Part shown: piece by piece, positions 35,501 to 39,744 of the stretch | How the letters are laid out: every line of letters begins with the position of its first letter | Numbering within the stretch: position 1 is the stretch's first letter | Source of the DNA: Nemertoderma westbladi | Lineage: Eukaryota > Animalia > Xenacoelomorpha | DNA: 39,744 nucleotides | Assembly: GCA_032718475.1 (NCBI GenBank) | Contig: JAUCBJ010001052.1 | Span: 1 to 39,744, forward strand | Direction: 5' to 3' | Made by a program: the position numbers and the translations under genes | The notes under the pieces: model-generated | What the model was told of the DNA's origin: nothing | Database searches by the model: none | Seen by the model: only the letters and a program-made list of their open reading frames with translations

Positions 35501-36424
35501 GGGGGGGGGGGGGGGGGGTACCCCCCCTTAATACCCTATATTTTCATGGCCATTACTACTACTTTGAATGTAACTATGTATCTTTTGTGGGGTTCGAGCA
35601 ACCACAGGGAGGTCAAATAATGATCATAAACAAAATATTTGTAATTTTACGTCGCCCTCTAGCGGGCAGGTGCGCAAATGCAAAATTCACTTAAAACGCT
35701 ACTCTACCGTCAGTTTTGGTCCAAATTTGGTGAAATTAACACTATTTTCCTCAGGACGGTTCTGCACATGAAACATACTTGGCAGAAAATAAAATTTCGA
35801 TTTAATTTTCATTTTATAATTAGAAATATTATTTTTCACTTAAAAATATAGGTTTTATCATGAAAAATGCCACATTGGAGCAGTTAGGAATAAAAATTAA
35901 AAAATGTGGCAAGTATGTTTTATTACTGACAGATGCAGCACCAATGTATAAAAAAATTATGAAAATTGGTTCAAAAATGGCGGAGGAGTAGTATTTTGAA
36001 AAATAGAAATATCGTGAAATGTAATTCCGAGATAATTTGCTTTAAAATTTGAACTTTTCCGCTCAAACCTGACTGTCTGTAGTCTGTTAACGGTCAGTAA
36101 TGTTTGACACTATGTCGTCATACCAACTCACTAAAATTATCAATATGGGGGTTTTCGGGGTCGGTGATTTCATTTCTGATGTCTGTTTTAATGTTTGGTG
36201 GTATCTAATATGTCTGTCTGACAGCATGTCTGTCTGTCTGTCTCCTAAATTTTGACGGACAAACTGAAAGACGGAAAGACAGCGATAACTCGAGAACTAA
36301 AAAAGATCCCGCCAAACTGTTTCAAGATTTGAACTCCCCATTAAATTCTGCATCAGATGAAATAGAAAACCCAAAATGTGAAAATTTGACCCAAGGAGGG
36401 GGTACCCCCCCCCCCCCCCCCCCC
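35501..36424. mobile_element. TTAA-flanked element with poly-G/poly-C TIRs (Kolobok-like)
   Basis: TTAA|G18-TACCCCC at left and GGGGGTA-C20|TTAA at right. Confidence 0.65.
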
Positions 36425-37451
36425 TTAAAGCAAAATCATCAGACTTGCGCAACATTGTTTCGATTGTTTACCTATGTTACTTATTGGTCTCAAAATGAAT
36501 CCCCTTCATTGATAGTCACGTCGTATTTTCTTCACGCTCTTCAATAGACTTCAAGTCGAATCGAATTGTTTCACGTCTTTGTTTGTAAAGTTCTGAGACT
36601 TAAAGTCACCTTCTTTAAGGTTACGCTCCTTGCAAACCATCTCACTATCTTCTTTTCTGGAAAAAATTGTTTCCCTTTGATAAGCTTGAACACCAGAAGG
36701 AAGATCAACCCAAAGCTTTCGAATTCAAATACTTCCATCAATTAAAGCTATGGTAATCATAGTACCGAAATCCAATCCGACTTGACTCCAATTAATAGTG
36801 TAATTGGCAAAAATATAATAGATAAATTGGGATACAAAATGATCTTGGTCTGGTCGGTAAACATCGTACATACATTTCAACCTATAGTAATAAGCGAGCT
36901 TACTAAGTAGTTGATACTCGGTTATAAGAACAAAGGAGAGGCGCGACCTTGGAAGAAAAAGGGCCAGTCTACGTCACTATTGCATTATGAAGTACAGGGT
37001 GTCCCTCACAATTTGCAATAGTTTCATTTTCAATAACTCAGACTTCAATGATAATGGAGAAACCTTGATTTGGGAGAATGCAATCAGCCGGAATACAAAC
37101 TATTTTCTAAACATTTTGAATTACAATGGGCGCATGCAATGATAGGTGAAGGAGACAGACATTCATCAATATAAATTTAATCACTCAGTATTGCCCATGC
37201 CCAGTGTATTTTGCAAGGTAAAGTTACTTTTCATCTGAATATCCTGAGTGAAGTAAATACCGTTACCTTTATGGTAACACGCAGTAACACTCCAGACCTT
37301 AACCGAACTGAAAACAGAAAATGGTGAGTTATCGAAATTTTATTAGGATGGTTTTTTTTTACATTAGACACGCCGCGATGTAGGTTACGGCAAATGTAAA
37401 ATAAGTGAGTGCTGTTCCTAAGCAAATTACACTTGTTAAATTAAATGCAAA

Positions 37452-38860
37452 ATAATTGCAGTGTGGGATGTTCCTAACGAGATATAAATTGATAAATAAT
37501 TGCAGTGTGGGATGTTCCTAACGAGATATCAATTGATAAATAATTGGAGTGTGGGATGTTCCTAACGAGATATCAATTGATAAATAATTGCAGTGTGGGA
37601 TGTTCCTAACGAGATATCAATTGATAAATAATTGGAGTGTGGGATGTTCCTAACGAGATATCAATTGATAAATAATTGGAGTGTGGGATGTTCCTAACGA
37701 GATATAAATTGATAAATAATTGGAGTGTGGGATGTTCCTAACGAGATATCAATAGATAAATAATTGCAGTGTGGGATGTTCCTAACGAGATATCAATTGA
37801 TAAATAATTGGAGTGTGGGATGTTCCTAACGAGATATCAATTGATAAATAATTGCAGTGTGGGATGTTCCTAACGAGATATCAATTGATAAATAATTGCA
37901 GTGTGGGATGTTCCTAACGAGATATCAATTGATAAATAATTGGAGTGTGGGATGTTCCTAACGAGATATCAATTGATAAATAATTGCAGTGTGGGATGTT
38001 CCTAACGAGATATCAATTGATAAATAATTGCAGTGTGGGATGTTCCTAACGAGATATCAATTGATAAATAATTGCAGTGTGGGATGTTCCTAACGAGATA
38101 TCAATAGATAAATAATTGCAGTGTGGGATGTTCCTAACGAGATATCAATTGATAAATAATTGCAGTGTGGGATGTTCCTAACGAGATATCAATTGATAAA
38201 TAATTGCAGTGTGGGATGTTCCTAACGAGATATCAATTGATAAATAATTGCAGTGTGGGATGTTCCTAACGAGATATAAATTGATAAATAATTGGAGTGT
38301 GGGATGTTCCTAACGAGATATCAATTTATAAATAATTGCAGTGTGGGATGTTCCTAACGAGATATCAATTGATAAATAATTGCAGTGTGGGATGTTCCTA
38401 ACGAGATATCAATTGATAAATAATTGCAGTGTGGGATGTTCCTAACGAGATGTCAATTGATAAATAATTGCAGTGTGGGATGTTCCTAACGAGATATCAA
38501 TTGATAAATAATTGCAGTGTGGGATGTTCCTAACGAGATATCAATTGATAAATAATTGCAGTGTGGGATGTTCCTAACGAGATATCAATTGATAAATAAT
38601 TGCAGTGTGGGATGTTCCTAACGAGATATCAATTGATAAATAATTGCAGTGTGGGATGTTCCTAACGAGATATCAATTGATAAATAATTGCAGTGTGGGA
38701 TGTTCCTAACGAGATATCAATTGATAAATAATTGCAGTGTGGGATGTTCCTAACGAGATATCAATTGATAAATAATTGCAGTGTGGGATGTTCCTAACGA
38801 GATATCAATTGATAAATAATTGGAGTGTGGGATGTTCCTAACGAGATATCAATTGATAAA
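37452..38860. repeat. 44-bp homogeneous satellite, ~32 copies
   Basis: Unit AATTG(C/G)AGTGTGGGATGTTCCTAACGAGATATCAATTGATAAAT, head-to-tail with no spacers. Confidence 0.98.
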
Positions 38861-39441
38861 TTTCGTTTTAGTTAAGTCGAGTTTTAACGAGGTTTAATAT
38901 TAGCCAATCACAGCAGCTCGTTCCAAGAAGGCCTCGCTGCAAAACTGATTCCCGACCTTCGCGGAGTGTAGAGATGTAGTGGAGTGGGATGTTTAGCGAG
39001 AATTGAAAAATTTAGTTTTAGATTAGTCTAGTTTGATCAAGGTTCAGTATTAGTAAATCAGAGCAGCCCATTGGTCGCTGACCCTCCGAGTCTGAACATT
39101 TGCGACTGACCATAGACTCAGGGTTTCATCTACCCGTGTTGGAAAAAATTGGGAAAAACGTTTGAGCCGTATTGTATTTGAATACTCACTCAATCAACAC
39201 TGCAAGTAACCCGAGGCTCCTAACTACAATATAACATTATATAATTCGAGGTGTGCTAAGATGTGTTTGTTTCAAAAGGAACTAAAAAGGTTTTTTTTTA
39301 CTTAACGTGGTGATGAGTTATTAAGAAATGAAACTTTTACAAATACTGAGGGACATCCATTGAGTATGAGGATGCTGAGTGGTGCTTTATGTACCGATAT
39401 AATTATTACAATAATTAATACCTCCGGCTGACTATTCCGAA

Positions 39442-39693
39442 TTACAATGAGACACCTCCAATGTTATATAGTGTCTGGTTGGAGATGTGTGCATTGTACT
39501 TGACACAATGAATCCGGCGTAGCATTCTTGTGAATGTGCCATCCAGAGATTTGGTGTCCTCAGCAGTTAGAGCCCAGCATGGACTCCCATAGAGGAGTAC
39601 TGGAACTACTGCTGCTCTAAATAATCGGACCTTAAGTTTCGGATTAATTCTCGGTGACTTCCAAATCCTGGAAAGCCTATTCAAGGCTGCCCA
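39442..39693 (-). mobile_element. RTE-type LINE fragment (post-RT region)
   Basis: WAALNRLSRIWKS...KVRLFRAAVVPVLLYGSPCWALT...LDGTFTRMLRRI, typical RTE LLYG.E.W region. Confidence 0.88.
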
Positions 39694-39744
39694 TGTGTAA
39701 AAGCTTTTGTGGGATAACTGATACGTTTGCCTTTGCTGGCCAGT

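Noticed and set aside
36993-37015. TA|CAGGGTGTCCC Tc1/mariner-like left end
   Set aside because: No matching right TIR found in the window.
37452-38860. CRISPR-like regular repeat
   Set aside because: Head-to-tail identical 44-mers with no unique spacers, no cas genes, eukaryotic context.

Overview
Repeat-dense eukaryotic (invertebrate-like metazoan) genomic DNA, not prokaryotic. The only recognisable host gene is a 792-nt minus-strand first exon of V-ATPase V0 subunit d (29426-28635). It ends at a CAG|GT donor, and I could not find its last ~88 codons in the window. A coiled-coil ORF missing from the ORF track runs off the left edge (578 to <1, minus). The rest is three large satellites (67, 28 and 44 bp units), several minisatellites, MITEs of at least four DNA-transposon types (MULE-like with 9-bp TSD, piggyBac-like TTAA, Tc1/pogo-like TA, Kolobok-like TTAA/GG) and decayed RTE-type LINE fragments. 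Main findings: (1) a 616-bp TSD-flanked insertion (10241-10856) carrying two opposite-strand minimal type-I hammerhead ribozymes, one sitting between tRNA-type A and B boxes; (2) the 28-bp intronic satellite reads as splice acceptor + VEYKVLF, resembling the missing next V-ATPase d segment (EYKLLF); (3) TA-transposon excision footprints visible by comparing repeat copies. All calls are by eye, with no database searches.
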